From IMG/VR virus record IMGVR_UViG_2531839450_000009: a DNA stretch of 30,601 nt; one strand, given 5' to 3'. This stretch comes from a virus. Its lineage: Duplodnaviria > Heunggongvirae > Uroviricota > Caudoviricetes. Shown here piece after piece: positions 20,470 to 29,554 of the stretch. The position numbers and the translations under genes are program-made. Position 1 is the first letter of the stretch, and every line of letters begins with the position of its first letter. The notes below the pieces were generated by a model. That model did no database searches. It was not told the DNA's origin and saw only the letters and a list, made by a program, of their open reading frames with translations.

Positions 20470-21073
20470 GACTGTTTTTTGTGTCGGTAGCGGTCCGTCA
20501 CTCACTCGTGAGGACTGTGCTGCTATAGAAAAAACTGGCTGTTCAATCATCGCGGTTAACAATTCCTGGCAGATGTTCGATGACATTTATGCCTTATACG
20601 CCGGTGATTTGTCATGGTGGAAGCAATACGGATCCACCATACCGGGAGGGAGATTCCGCAAAGTGACAGCCAACCTGGCGGCGGCGAAATCATTTTCGTT
20701 GGAGTACAGGCGATATTGTGGACCGGCGGAAGGGGTAAATAGCGGCGCGCAGGCTATCAGTCTGGCTGCTGAATCAGGGGCTGAAGTAGTGGTATTAGTC
20801 GGCTATGACTGTTCTCTGCAAAACGGCCTTCATTGGCATGGCGCGCACCCTCAAGCACTACGGAATCCAACGCAGGTGTCTATTTCAAAATGGCAACAGC
20901 AGTTCCTGGATACCCGCAAAAAACACGCAGATTTACATATTTTGAATGCAAGTAGGAGCAGTGCAATTCAATGTTTCCCAAGAATAAATTTAGAGGCAGT
21001 GATCGCGTTATTATCGTCGGCAGTGGCCCAAGCGCCGCAAACTTTGTTGCGCCGCGCGGAGTGCCGATTATAG
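20444..21073 (+). CDS. GSGPS-motif Rossmann-like protein, paralog 1 (DUF115/MptE-like resemblance, unverified)
   Basis: ORF track frame 20411..21073; preferred start MNIPP so that VGSGPSL lies near residue 14 as in paralog 2. Shares the (I/V)VGSGPS ... IIAVN block with the next gene. Confidence 0.5.
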   Translation: MNIPPRATRTVFCVGSGPSLTREDCAAIEKTGCSIIAVNNSWQMFDDIYALYAGDLSWWKQYGSTIPGGRFRKVTANLAAAKSFSLEYRRYCGPAEGVNSGAQAISLAAESGAEVVVLVGYDCSLQNGLHWHGAHPQALRNPTQVSISKWQQQFLDTRKKHADLHILNASRSSAIQCFPRINLEAVIALLSSAVAQAPQTLLRRAECRL

Positions 21074-21597
21074 CGGTCAATGGGGCCATCGACTGGCTGA
21101 ACCGCGCTTCTTATTTTTTCACACTTGATCCATCGCCAGACAATATGCGGCGCGTTGGTCGTGGCCGCCGTCGCCGTGGTGTTTGTTATTGCATGGCACT
21201 ACCCGATGTTAAAGAACGTGAAGTCAGAGACGGCGTTCTGTGCTTCCGTCGTGTGGCTGAACGTGGCATGGAGCCAAAAAATACGAATTCTCCCGAGTGG
21301 TGGGCGTGGCGCTGGTCCGCACATTTCGGACTTTGCGAAGATGAGAATGAAATTGCCAGCGGCAATAGTGCATATGGTGCTCTGAACCTGGCTTTCCATA
21401 TCGGATTCAAACATGTCGCCCTGGTGGGCGTTGACGCTACACAAGAACCACGCGTTCACTCCGGCGGCACGCCAAAAAATCTAAGTCACCTGCCTTTGTT
21501 ATTCCAGTCTGCGCGTGAACGGATTGACGTTGTTTCATGCGGGAAAATGGGAGGTATTCCGCAGATGACTCTTAAAGAATGGCTGAAGAATACATGA
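20971..21597 (+). CDS. GSGPS-motif Rossmann-like protein, paralog 2
   Basis: ORF track, 208 aa. [29 protein letters not shown]. Start overlaps the 3' end of paralog 1 by about 100 nt in another frame. Confidence 0.5.
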   Translation: MFPKNKFRGSDRVIIVGSGPSAANFVAPRGVPIIAVNGAIDWLNRASYFFTLDPSPDNMRRVGRGRRRRGVCYCMALPDVKEREVRDGVLCFRRVAERGMEPKNTNSPEWWAWRWSAHFGLCEDENEIASGNSAYGALNLAFHIGFKHVALVGVDATQEPRVHSGGTPKNLSHLPLLFQSARERIDVVSCGKMGGIPQMTLKEWLKNT

Positions 21598-22271
21598 TGG
21601 CACCCACAATTTATCACCGTATCGACGGTACCAAATACAGGAATGTCTGGGTTGTTGGTGATCTGCATGGTTGCTACACCAGACTGATGTCCGAACTCCA
21701 TCGTGTGGATTTTGACCCGGCGCAGGATTTACTGATATCGGTCGGCGACCTTATCGATCGCGGTACTGAAAATGTCGAATGTCTGGAACTATTGCAGATG
21801 CCCTGGTTCAGGGCAGTGATGGGGAACCATGAGCGGCTGATGATTGATGCGTTAAGTCCAGATGGCAACGTGAATAACTGGCTAATGAATGGCGGACAAT
21901 GGTTCTTCATGCTGGACACTGATCAGGAAATATTAGCCTGGGCGCTGGTGGAGCTGGTAAAGCGTCTGCCCTATATCATTGAGTTGAACACCGGGCAAGA
22001 AACTATCGTTATAGCCCATGCCGACTATCCGGATAATGAATACCAATTCGGTAAGGAGGTACCGCTTTTCAACGTTGTCTGGGCGCGCGAGCGTATCAGT
22101 GATTCGATGGATGATATTGGTGGCGAAATTTCGGGCGCAGATCGTTTTATCTTTGGTCACACTCCGGTGAAAAGCCCGAAGACATTCTGGAATCAGCAGT
22201 ATATCGACACTGGTGCCGTATTTTGCGGAAACCTGACATTGATGAAAGTGAAAGGTGATGGTGCAGCATGA
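21594..22271 (+). CDS. ppp: Ser/Thr protein phosphatase, lambda-PPase / calcineurin-like metallophosphatase
   Basis: ORF track frame 21579..22271; likely start at the ATGATG overlapping the previous stop. Motifs GDLHG, GDLIDRG, GNHE. Very similar to lambda phosphatase as recalled ([49 protein letters not shown]). Confidence 0.82.
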   Translation: MMAPTIYHRIDGTKYRNVWVVGDLHGCYTRLMSELHRVDFDPAQDLLISVGDLIDRGTENVECLELLQMPWFRAVMGNHERLMIDALSPDGNVNNWLMNGGQWFFMLDTDQEILAWALVELVKRLPYIIELNTGQETIVIAHADYPDNEYQFGKEVPLFNVVWARERISDSMDDIGGEISGADRFIFGHTPVKSPKTFWNQQYIDTGAVFCGNLTLMKVKGDGAA

Positions 22272-22969
22272 AGATTGCTTTAGTTCTTCGCTCTGGTGGT
22301 GACTATAACGCTTCCGATGTGCAGTGGCTGGTTAATCAACTGCCAAAAGACTATGAAATTATTTGCCTGACAGACCTGAAGTGTTTACATGTACCTGGCG
22401 TCAAAGTTATCCCATTGATCAACCAGTGGCAAAAGTGCCGTGGCTGGTGGGCGAAAATCGAGTTGTTCCGACCGGATATAACCGATGATCTGTTCTATCT
22501 GGATTTGGACACGGTTATTGCCGGTGATATACGCCCAATCCTAGAGCATCCACCAACCAGCTTCACCATGCTTAGGGATTTTTACCATCCACAATATCGT
22601 GGCAGCGGTGCCCTGTGGATACCAAATAGTGTTAAAGCGCATATCTGGAGTTCATTCTGGCAAGATCCGGAAGGTTGGATTTCTCGTTGTGTCACTACTG
22701 AGTGTTGGGGTGACCAGGGGTTCTTACGAAAGGTTATGGGCGATGATACACCAGCATTTCAGGATCTGTATCCAGGATGGTTTGTAAGTTACAAGGCCGA
22801 TGTTGTGGAACCTGGTTCAAAATATGCGAGCGCGCGTTACTCCAGGGGGAATGGGGCATTACCAAAAGACTGCCGAATAATCTTTTTCCACGGCAAACCG
22901 CGACCTCGCGAAGTGTCAGAGGATTGGCTTCCCCTTATCAGCTCATTTTTTGAGCGAGAATCAGAATAA
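22268..22969 (+). CDS. hypothetical protein with DxD motif (possible GT-A-like nucleotide-sugar transferase)
   Basis: ORF track, 233 aa. [13 protein letters not shown] is DxD-like. Assignment weak. Confidence 0.4.
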   Translation: MKIALVLRSGGDYNASDVQWLVNQLPKDYEIICLTDLKCLHVPGVKVIPLINQWQKCRGWWAKIELFRPDITDDLFYLDLDTVIAGDIRPILEHPPTSFTMLRDFYHPQYRGSGALWIPNSVKAHIWSSFWQDPEGWISRCVTTECWGDQGFLRKVMGDDTPAFQDLYPGWFVSYKADVVEPGSKYASARYSRGNGALPKDCRIIFFHGKPRPREVSEDWLPLISSFFERESE

Positions 22970-22970
22970 T

Positions 22971-22987
22971 ATTGCTCTAATAATTCC
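22971..22987 (+). promoter_or_regulatory. C1 operator-like 17-mer, left copy of an inverted pair
   Basis: attgctctaataattcc begins right after the stop of the upstream gene. Confidence 0.5.
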
Positions 22988-22996
22988 ATATTTTTA

Positions 22997-23026
22997 AAAC
23001 GTGATGTACACTCATCACGTTTTTTA
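22997..23026. terminator. bidirectional intrinsic terminator
   Basis: aaaa-acgtgatg-tacact-catcacgt-tttttt: 8-bp stem between an A-run and a T-run. Confidence 0.6.
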
Positions 23027-23036
23027 TTAGAGCAAT
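23020..23036 (-). promoter_or_regulatory. C1 operator-like 17-mer, right copy (inverted orientation)
   Basis: Reverse complement reads attgctctaataaaaaa (first 13 positions match the consensus). Confidence 0.45.
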
Positions 23037-23050
23037 ATACAAGGTGCACT

Positions 23051-23269
23051 ATGTGGCCATTCCGACGGAAATATCACTACTGGCTGATCGCCTTTGTTAC
23101 GCCGACCGGCGGTATCAGGCATGTCATCACCAGGTATCGCAACAAGAGACTCACCTTAGCCAGAATTTTACAGGCTGCCATAGGTGAGGGACTGGATACA
23201 AATTGCGTAGTCCTTCCTCCTTCATACTTAGGAAAAATGACCGAAGCACAAGCTAATACGGAACTTTGA
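23051..23269 (+). CDS. hypothetical small protein (72 aa)
   Basis: ORF track; AAGGTG Shine-Dalgarno; first ORF after the operator pair; stop abuts the next gene. Confidence 0.4.
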   Translation: MWPFRRKYHYWLIAFVTPTGGIRHVITRYRNKRLTLARILQAAIGEGLDTNCVVLPPSYLGKMTEAQANTEL

Positions 23270-23270
23270 A

Positions 23271-24533
23271 ATGATCACTTCAGCACAAAACCAATCAATC
23301 GAAAATGTATCTATCCCTGACGTCCTGAATGCCGGTATCCCGGCCATTATCCAGAACATCCGGGCCGCGCAACGCCGCGTTAGTTGTGATGACCTCACAG
23401 CGCGTTTTTTTGATAATGCGGTTCAGTCAGCGGAGATGCTTCACGCACAGCTTATTGATGTTTATAACGCAGAAGCTGATAGCCATAACTCCCTGGTAGA
23501 TGCAGCTGAAAATATGCAGTTGGATCTCGGTCTGAAGGATAAAGAAATTGAAGAGCTTCAGCTGCAAATTGAACATTTGAAACGCCAGCAACAGGACGCG
23601 ATCGACGATGCGACGCATGACGCCAACCAGCGTGCTGATAATGCCGAACGTATAAGCATTGAGCTGGAAACAAAACTCAATGAAATGACCGCGATGGTTG
23701 AACTGCGGAACTCACAGATTTCAACGCTAAAATCTCAATATAAAGAGATCATGAAACTTGATCCTTTTAACCTTGAGAAACGCTATAACAAAGCTAAAAG
23801 CGAGCGACAGGAACTGCGTAAGCAGGTCGCCGACCTTAACCAACAGCTCAAAAAAACTATTAAAGATGCAAGCGAAGCGCGCGTGGCATTTGCTAATAAA
23901 AAAGCAGAGGTTACCGCGCTGGTTAATGAGAATGCCAAATTTGCGACGCTCAAGAAGGAAATGTATGGCATTACTGAGCGCCGTTTCCCTGCAAGCAAAC
24001 TTCATCCGACGTTAGGGCAAATATCCTTCTTCCCGCGCCTCCTGGCTTATGGGATCTCATCGCCTAAAGAGTTCAATAACGAGCGTCCTTATATCGTGTC
24101 TAAGCTGGACTTTGCTTATCAGTTCTGCTGCGACATGGGCTATGCCATTGATATCCGAATCAACGAATGGTTGATGCCAAACTTCCAGCCGTTGGCAATT
24201 TTCCGCGAGTTCCAGCCGGAAGGTTGGGTAGAGTTCTTCCATGAATTGATCTGTAAAGAGATGGAAAGCCGCCGCCCGGAATTGGTCCGTCGAGTTGAGT
24301 GGGCGCAAGAGGTTATGTTGGCAGATGCAGAGCTTCCGTTCGAACCGGAATTCATTGATGATCTGGCAACTAAAGGGCTGCATACCCTGTTTGATGTGGT
24401 TACCCGCCGTCATGAGCAGTTGGTTGTCGAATTGGGTTTAGAGGAAACTGCGGCAAGAAGACTTCTCGATGTTTGCTATGCACGTAGCGATGCATGGGAA
24501 AAAGAGAACGGCGGCACTATTTACGTTCGCTGA
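23271..24533 (+). CDS. hypothetical protein: N-terminal coiled-coil, C-terminal globular domain (420 aa)
   Basis: ORF track. Residues about 80-230 heptad-rich (EELQLQIEHLKRQQQD...). No domain recognised. Confidence 0.55.
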   Translation: MITSAQNQSIENVSIPDVLNAGIPAIIQNIRAAQRRVSCDDLTARFFDNAVQSAEMLHAQLIDVYNAEADSHNSLVDAAENMQLDLGLKDKEIEELQLQIEHLKRQQQDAIDDATHDANQRADNAERISIELETKLNEMTAMVELRNSQISTLKSQYKEIMKLDPFNLEKRYNKAKSERQELRKQVADLNQQLKKTIKDASEARVAFANKKAEVTALVNENAKFATLKKEMYGITERRFPASKLHPTLGQISFFPRLLAYGISSPKEFNNERPYIVSKLDFAYQFCCDMGYAIDIRINEWLMPNFQPLAIFREFQPEGWVEFFHELICKEMESRRPELVRRVEWAQEVMLADAELPFEPEFIDDLATKGLHTLFDVVTRRHEQLVVELGLEETAARRLLDVCYARSDAWEKENGGTIYVR

Positions 24534-24552
24534 TAGTTACAGTGTCACTTTT

Positions 24553-24587
24553 AATGCTGGTGGAGTGCTCCCACCAGCATTTTTTTC
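24553..24587 (+). terminator. intrinsic terminator (stem contains Chi octamers on both strands)
   Basis: aatgctggtgg-agtgctc-ccaccagcatt followed by a T-run. Confidence 0.6.
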
Positions 24588-24605
24588 GTCCAATGAGGAG
24601 GGCAT

Positions 24606-25112
24606 TTGAGTATTTTCAATAAACACGCACACCAGGAACGTCCGTACATCGTCATAGTAGATATTGATGGGACGATATCAGAGGCAACGGAAGACAGGCT
24701 GCATTTACTTCCACCACCTGGCAAAGGTGCATTAACAGAGCACTGGAACGAGTTTAACCTTGCCTGTGACACTGATGCTCCCATCACTCCAGTTATTGAT
24801 ATGGTGCGCCAGTTGTCCGGCATTTACACCCTCTGGTTTGTAACCGGGCGCTGTGAGATAGCCAGGGATAAAACACGAGCCTGGTTGCGTAAGCACGTAA
24901 CAAATGGGACTGAGCCTTTGCTATCTATGCGTCCTGCCACCGATGACAGAAATGACGGTCCAGCAAAGATTGATCTCCTGAAGAAAATTGGTCTAAGTAA
25001 AATTGCGTTCGCGCTGGAAGATAAGATTGACGTGGCGCGTGTTTTCAGGAGTCACGGCGTACTTACGTTAATGGTCAGGGAGTATGAAAACGCGCTTCTC
25101 CATCAACAATAA
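24606..25112 (+). CDS. HAD-superfamily phosphatase (phage Pnkp 3'-phosphatase-domain-like)
   Basis: ORF track; TTG start with GAGGAG Shine-Dalgarno. HAD motif I IVIVDIDGTI (DxDGT), later TGR and a D-rich motif. Confidence 0.6.
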   Translation: MSIFNKHAHQERPYIVIVDIDGTISEATEDRLHLLPPPGKGALTEHWNEFNLACDTDAPITPVIDMVRQLSGIYTLWFVTGRCEIARDKTRAWLRKHVTNGTEPLLSMRPATDDRNDGPAKIDLLKKIGLSKIAFALEDKIDVARVFRSHGVLTLMVREYENALLHQQ

Positions 25113-25128
25113 TTGCTCTAATAAATCT
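25112..25128 (+). promoter_or_regulatory. C1 operator-like 17-mer overlapping the stop of the HAD gene
   Basis: attgctctaataaatct matches 15-16 of 17 positions. Confidence 0.55.
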
Positions 25129-25210
25129 TGATTTTTAAAACAGAGAAAGTGAAAATAAAAACATGCCGCAAGGCGCGGCATGTATCCAATCAATCACAGG
25201 AGCTGAAAAT

Positions 25211-25297
25211 ATGAACACGGCATTCAAAATCATTATGGCCGCGATCTATTTCTGGCTGTTCTCTATCACTTTTGGCGGCATCGTCGCACATGGGTAA
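25211..25297 (+). CDS. tiny hydrophobic peptide (28 aa)
   Basis: ATG with AGGAG about 9 nt upstream. MNTAFKIIMAAIYFWLFSITFGGIVAHG. First ORF after the operator. Confidence 0.35.
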   Translation: MNTAFKIIMAAIYFWLFSITFGGIVAHG

Positions 25298-25306
25298 GGG
25301 GGATGC

Positions 25307-25894
25307 ATGAAAGGCGAAGTGAAAGAGCGCGGCATGATTTTTAACGATGAGATGGTCCGGGCAATTCTTGGCGGGAATAAAACACAGACTCGCAGGATTG
25401 TTGAAGAAAAATTCTATGGACGGGCAGTGGCCGCAGAGTTGCTTGCCAAGCATTGTCCATATGGTCAACCGGGCGATCGTATTTGGGTTCGCGAAACCTA
25501 CCGGGTACATGGCAAAGCGACGGACGTCGCAACGCTGGTTTATCGCGCAAGCGTGCGTAACTCCTGGACAGAACAAACGCACCGGGTTCCGGTCGAGGTT
25601 TGTAATAAACCAGTATCAGAAAAGTGGACGCCATCAATTCACATGCCGCGCTGGGCATCGCGCATTCTTCTGGAAATTACCAACGTGCGCGTTGAGCGGT
25701 TGAACGATATCAGCGAATGCGATGCAAGGGCTGAGGGCGCACCAACAGAATCGACCCTCATTGGCGATAAGCATTACCCAGGTTTCCGTAGCCTATGGAA
25801 ATCAATTTATGGCGAAGATAGTTGGAACGCTAATCCTTGGGTGTGGGTAATAGAGTTTGAGCGTATTCAGGGGGCAACCAGTGAGCGAAATTAA
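25307..25894 (+). CDS. ASCH/PUA-like domain protein
   Basis: ORF track; possible internal start MIFNDEMVRAILGGNKTQTRR at 25334, an N-terminal signature I associate with ASCH-domain phage proteins. Confidence 0.5.
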   Translation: MKGEVKERGMIFNDEMVRAILGGNKTQTRRIVEEKFYGRAVAAELLAKHCPYGQPGDRIWVRETYRVHGKATDVATLVYRASVRNSWTEQTHRVPVEVCNKPVSEKWTPSIHMPRWASRILLEITNVRVERLNDISECDARAEGAPTESTLIGDKHYPGFRSLWKSIYGEDSWNANPWVWVIEFERIQGATSERN

Positions 25895-26513
25895 TTACCA
25901 GGCACTGCGTGAGGCGGCGGAACGTGCAATTCCAGCAATGGAACGCCTGTTAATGTTGCCAGCTGATGATGATTTGTTAAGTGAACAGGAACTTAAAGAT
26001 TACGGTGTGGATATTGATGCGCTCAACGCCTTCAAATTTCTGGCCGGACCAGAAACCGTGCTGGCACTACTGGATGAACGGGAAAGAAACCAGCAATACA
26101 TCAAACGCCGTGACCAGGAGAACGAGGATATTGCGCTAACGGTAGGGAAGCTGCGCGTTGAGCTTGAAGCAGCAAAATCAAAACTCAACGAGCAGCGTGA
26201 ATATTACGAGGGAGTAATCGCGGATGGAAGTAAGCGCATTGCAGAACTGGAAGCACGGGAAATAAAACCAGCCAAAGGTGAGGTTCTTGTCGTTGTTTCT
26301 GGTTTTACTGGTTGCGGAAAAAGCGCCATTGCCGGGGAAATAGAAATCGCGATGAAGGCTATTGGTGTACCGGTTCAGTGGACTAATGGCGATGCGGAAA
26401 AGCGCATGACAGGAGCTGACTGGCTGACAGCGATTGAGATGTACAAACCAACAGTGCGCATCATGGAAGTTAATGTGCCACGCGCCGCTGGCATTCGCAT
26501 CAAAGGAGAGTGA
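25881..26513 (+). CDS. coiled-coil protein with C-terminal P-loop-like motif
   Basis: ORF track frame 25857..26513; preferred GTG start 25881 with AGGGGG Shine-Dalgarno. VVSGFTGCGKSAIAG resembles a Walker A box. Confidence 0.45.
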   Translation: MSEINYQALREAAERAIPAMERLLMLPADDDLLSEQELKDYGVDIDALNAFKFLAGPETVLALLDERERNQQYIKRRDQENEDIALTVGKLRVELEAAKSKLNEQREYYEGVIADGSKRIAELEAREIKPAKGEVLVVVSGFTGCGKSAIAGEIEIAMKAIGVPVQWTNGDAEKRMTGADWLTAIEMYKPTVRIMEVNVPRAAGIRIKGE

Positions 26514-26514
26514 T

Positions 26515-27030
26515 ATGGCGTTAACACACCGCGAACTCTGTCAGATTGCGTACAAGTTCCTTAAGCGCAACGGGTTCAAGGTTTGTTTTCATGACCGCTT
26601 TATAGCTGTAACCAGTACCGGAGAACAGCCAGATGCTATGGGATTCAGAAATTCAGCATCATGCCTGATAGAGGCGAAGTGTTCTCGTGCTGACTTGTTG
26701 GCAGATAGAAAAAAGCGTTTCCGTAAAAATCCCTCACTTGGCATGGGCGACTGGCGATTCTTTATTAGTGAGCCGGGAATTATTTCAGTTGAGGATTTAC
26801 CTCCCGGCTGGGGATTACTTCACGTTGTTAACGGAAGAGTACGGAAAGTACATGGATGGCCCAAGGGGAATTGCTGTTGGGGTAACCCTGAAGATAAACC
26901 TTTTATTGGGAATAAGCAGGTTGAATGCGATTACATGTTATCTGCATTAAGGCGCATGGAGTTGAGAGGGCACCTTAATGAAATATATGACGGTGTAATT
27001 GTTAATAAGAAAGAAGGAAACGCGGCATGA
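26515..27030 (+). CDS. PD-(D/E)xK-like nuclease-fold protein (putative)
   Basis: ORF track frame 26434..27030; preferred start MALTHREL with AGGAGA Shine-Dalgarno. PDAMGF ... IEAKCSRADL fits a D ... E-x-K catalytic core. Confidence 0.45.
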   Translation: MALTHRELCQIAYKFLKRNGFKVCFHDRFIAVTSTGEQPDAMGFRNSASCLIEAKCSRADLLADRKKRFRKNPSLGMGDWRFFISEPGIISVEDLPPGWGLLHVVNGRVRKVHGWPKGNCCWGNPEDKPFIGNKQVECDYMLSALRRMELRGHLNEIYDGVIVNKKEGNAA

Positions 27031-27743
27031 TCACTATTACCAAAGAGCGACTACTTACAATCAAGCAGTGGCGCGAAACATACGGACCGGGTAGCAACGT
27101 TGTACTGCCAGCAGAAGAAGCAGAAGAACTGGCACGAATTGCGCTGGCATCGCTGGAAGCAGATCCAGTTGCTTATATTTTCAAACATCCGGCCGGGAAA
27201 TTATTCTGGTCTTTAACGGATGAAAGCAATAAAGAGCAAGCGGACGTTATTCCTGTTTATGCTGCCGCGCCTGCGTCGGTTGTGCCGGATAATGCATCAG
27301 AGCCTCTTGCTTATGCTTACAAAGAGCTTACGCCTGAGATTATGCGCAACCATTTAGCTGTATTCGAGCGATATGGAATAGCCCCAAACGATAGCTCTAC
27401 CACAATTCAGGCACTGCGAATCGCGCTGGATGGCATAGAGCGGAGCGACGCCATGCTTCATGGTGCCGAACCTGTAAGCCAAACTTACAAGTTGAACCAG
27501 CTATCGGGCAACTCTCCGGCAACTCCGGATGGTTGGATAAGCTGTAGTGAGCGAATGCCGAATACCAAAACAGCCGTTCTTGTTGCCGTGGAGTTTGACA
27601 GGAAAGGTGACTGGCGAATGAAATGGGCTACTTACATCCCCGGGCATCCTGACGCTAATGATGGGTGGATAATTCCTGGTGCGTCGTGGAAACCGTCACA
27701 CTGGATGCCGCTACCAGAACCGCCGCAGGAGGTGAATCAATGA
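27027..27743 (+). CDS. hypothetical protein with DUF551-like C-terminus
   Basis: ORF track, 238 aa. C-terminal GWISCSERMP...WMPLPEPP resembles DUF551 of lambdoid accessory genes. Confidence 0.5.
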   Translation: MITITKERLLTIKQWRETYGPGSNVVLPAEEAEELARIALASLEADPVAYIFKHPAGKLFWSLTDESNKEQADVIPVYAAAPASVVPDNASEPLAYAYKELTPEIMRNHLAVFERYGIAPNDSSTTIQALRIALDGIERSDAMLHGAEPVSQTYKLNQLSGNSPATPDGWISCSERMPNTKTAVLVAVEFDRKGDWRMKWATYIPGHPDANDGWIIPGASWKPSHWMPLPEPPQEVNQ

Positions 27744-27823
27744 GCTGGCCTGAAGCATTCACCACGGTAGGAATTGTGATGGCGGCAGCACTGGGTTTGT
27801 ATTCAATTTGTCGCTGGTGGTAA
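27740..27823 (+). CDS. tiny hydrophobic peptide (27 aa)
   Basis: ATG overlaps the upstream stop (ATGA). MSWPEAFTTVGIVMAAALGLYSICRWW. Confidence 0.3.
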   Translation: MSWPEAFTTVGIVMAAALGLYSICRWW

Positions 27824-27825
27824 CG

Positions 27826-28059
27826 ATGGGAAAAATAACTTTTGTAGTCGAATTTGAGGATGGCAAAGAGCCACCTGTTAGCGCCAATCTTGATGTTGCT
27901 GGTGGCAGGCTGGTTTCGGTTCTATTTGGTGATTACCGCGACGACTTCTTTCAGCCTGAAGAAGTTGATGTAGTGCGAGAAGCATTAAACGAGCTAAGTG
28001 TTGATAACGATGATGCTCATGCGGAAATCATCAAAAAAATGGAACTGCTAACTCACTAA
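27826..28059 (+). CDS. hypothetical acidic protein (77 aa)
   Basis: ORF track frame 27808..28059; preferred ATG 27826 (MGKITFVVEFEDG). Confidence 0.4.
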   Translation: MGKITFVVEFEDGKEPPVSANLDVAGGRLVSVLFGDYRDDFFQPEEVDVVREALNELSVDNDDAHAEIIKKMELLTH

Positions 28060-28107
28060 ATTATCAATTATGGTGCTATCACCTACGACACCGAGAGAAA
28101 ATTTATA

Positions 28108-28230
28108 ATGTCAAAAGTAAATGTTTTGATTTTTTCAGCAATTGTTGGCTTTGGTTTTACTGCCGGAGTGCAGATTTATATTGCGTGGGAAAAAATCATC
28201 AACTACGCATGGAGTTGTTTTATTAAGTGA
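28108..28230 (+). CDS. tiny single-TM peptide (40 aa)
   Basis: MSKVNVLIFSAIVGFGFTAGVQIYIAWEKIINYAWSCFIK; stop followed 7 nt later by the next start. Confidence 0.3.
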   Translation: MSKVNVLIFSAIVGFGFTAGVQIYIAWEKIINYAWSCFIK

Positions 28231-28237
28231 GGTAAGT

Positions 28238-28531
28238 ATGTGGAGAGGTAATAGTCATGGCAAAAGCCAGATGATACTTACCGAATATAAGCTAGACCAC
28301 AAAACCAATAAATCACGCTCAGTATATTTGCTCCGGCACAATAGCCGCGTAAGAAATACCGTGCTGGAACAAAATCTGACAGTTGAAATGGATAATTACG
28401 GTGGATTCAAGCCAACAATTTCGCTTGATGATTTTCCTCGTGGTTTAAGCGAAAGAGAAGCAATGCTGAAATTAGCAGAATGGCTACAAAGATTAAGCAT
28501 TGCTATTGAAGATAACTGGTCTGAACCTTAA
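28238..28531 (+). CDS. hypothetical protein (97 aa)
   Basis: ORF track frame 28142..28531; preferred internal Met 28238 with AGGT Shine-Dalgarno. Confidence 0.4.
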   Translation: MWRGNSHGKSQMILTEYKLDHKTNKSRSVYLLRHNSRVRNTVLEQNLTVEMDNYGGFKPTISLDDFPRGLSEREAMLKLAEWLQRLSIAIEDNWSEP

Positions 28532-28537
28532 ATTTAT

Positions 28538-28864
28538 ATGATGACACTAAAACATTTTCTTGACCGCCCATTATGGGCGGCAGCCGCAGGCTATGACTTT
28601 AATTATATGGATTGCATGTCTTATACTGCCAATGCATACGACCATTCGTTCAGCCTGCTGTTTAATTCTTTAAGAATATTGCCGGAAACAGAAGTTGGAG
28701 AGCTTCATTTATGGATATTGGGCTTTATCGCGGCTGTCGTTGGTATTGCTGTATGGCCTTTTATTTTCTGGCTGGTGGCTGTTGTAGTGTGGTTTAAGTG
28801 CAAGACATACCGGAGAAAGTATTTCTTAGGTGATGGAATGACCGATATTGCCAAAATGAACTAA
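28538..28864 (+). CDS. small membrane protein (108 aa)
   Basis: ORF track; C-terminal hydrophobic segment LWILGFIAAVVGIAVWPFIFWLVAVVVWF. Confidence 0.45.
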   Translation: MMTLKHFLDRPLWAAAAGYDFNYMDCMSYTANAYDHSFSLLFNSLRILPETEVGELHLWILGFIAAVVGIAVWPFIFWLVAVVVWFKCKTYRRKYFLGDGMTDIAKMN

Positions 28865-28879
28865 GGAATGTGAAAAGAA

Positions 28880-29554
28880 ATGGCGCAAAAAGAAATGACT
28901 ACTCTAACGACAGCATACTTACAGCAATTGGTATTTTTTGCAGGCGAGGCTACTTGTCATCCTGACGCAAACTATTTATTGGAATTTGAGAGGTTAGCGT
29001 CACCCGGTATCGTTCTGGAACTGGCCCAACAGGTGCTGGCCTTGAGACAAAAAGAGCAACATGAAAGTAATACGTGTAGATTGAATTTTGAGCAGTGGCT
29101 GGAACAGCAACGCGGAAAAATCGATGTGGACTGTGGTTGTGTGTCCACTGAAACATTCATGCACTGGCTGCGGGTAGCTTACGAGGCTGGCAACTATCCG
29201 GATATTCCGGATAGTTCGGTGCCAGCGCCAGGAAAGGGCGTCACCGGTGAACGTATCCGCATTAAGCCGCATGTTTATCGCGAACTGGTTAACCGTCTCC
29301 ACGATACAGCGATCAAGTGTGCTGGCACCCAGCAATTACGAGAAAGAATTAGCCGTGTTTTGGGCGACGTTATTACGCCATATCATCATAAACAAGCCGA
29401 GAAAAGTGGCTTGGAAAGGTGTCACCTTGAGGCGGCATTAAACATTAAGCCGGGGCATACGCTTGGCATTATTGATGCACTATTGGTTCATAAGATGGCC
29501 AGGGCTTTATTGCCGCTGGTGGATGCTGGCGATACAAGCGAGGGTGAAGTATGA
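28880..29554 (+). CDS. hypothetical protein (224 aa)
   Basis: ORF track; AGGAATG context; stop overlaps the next start. Confidence 0.5.
   Translation: MAQKEMTTLTTAYLQQLVFFAGEATCHPDANYLLEFERLASPGIVLELAQQVLALRQKEQHESNTCRLNFEQWLEQQRGKIDVDCGCVSTETFMHWLRVAYEAGNYPDIPDSSVPAPGKGVTGERIRIKPHVYRELVNRLHDTAIKCAGTQQLRERISRVLGDVITPYHHKQAEKSGLERCHLEAALNIKPGHTLGIIDALLVHKMARALLPLVDAGDTSEGEV

Noticed and set aside
20971-21073. Programmed ribosomal frameshift joining the two GSGPS paralogs
   Set aside because: I saw no slippery heptamer or downstream pseudoknot. The overlap is more simply two overlapping genes or a sequencing indel, so it is reported only as an anomaly to check.
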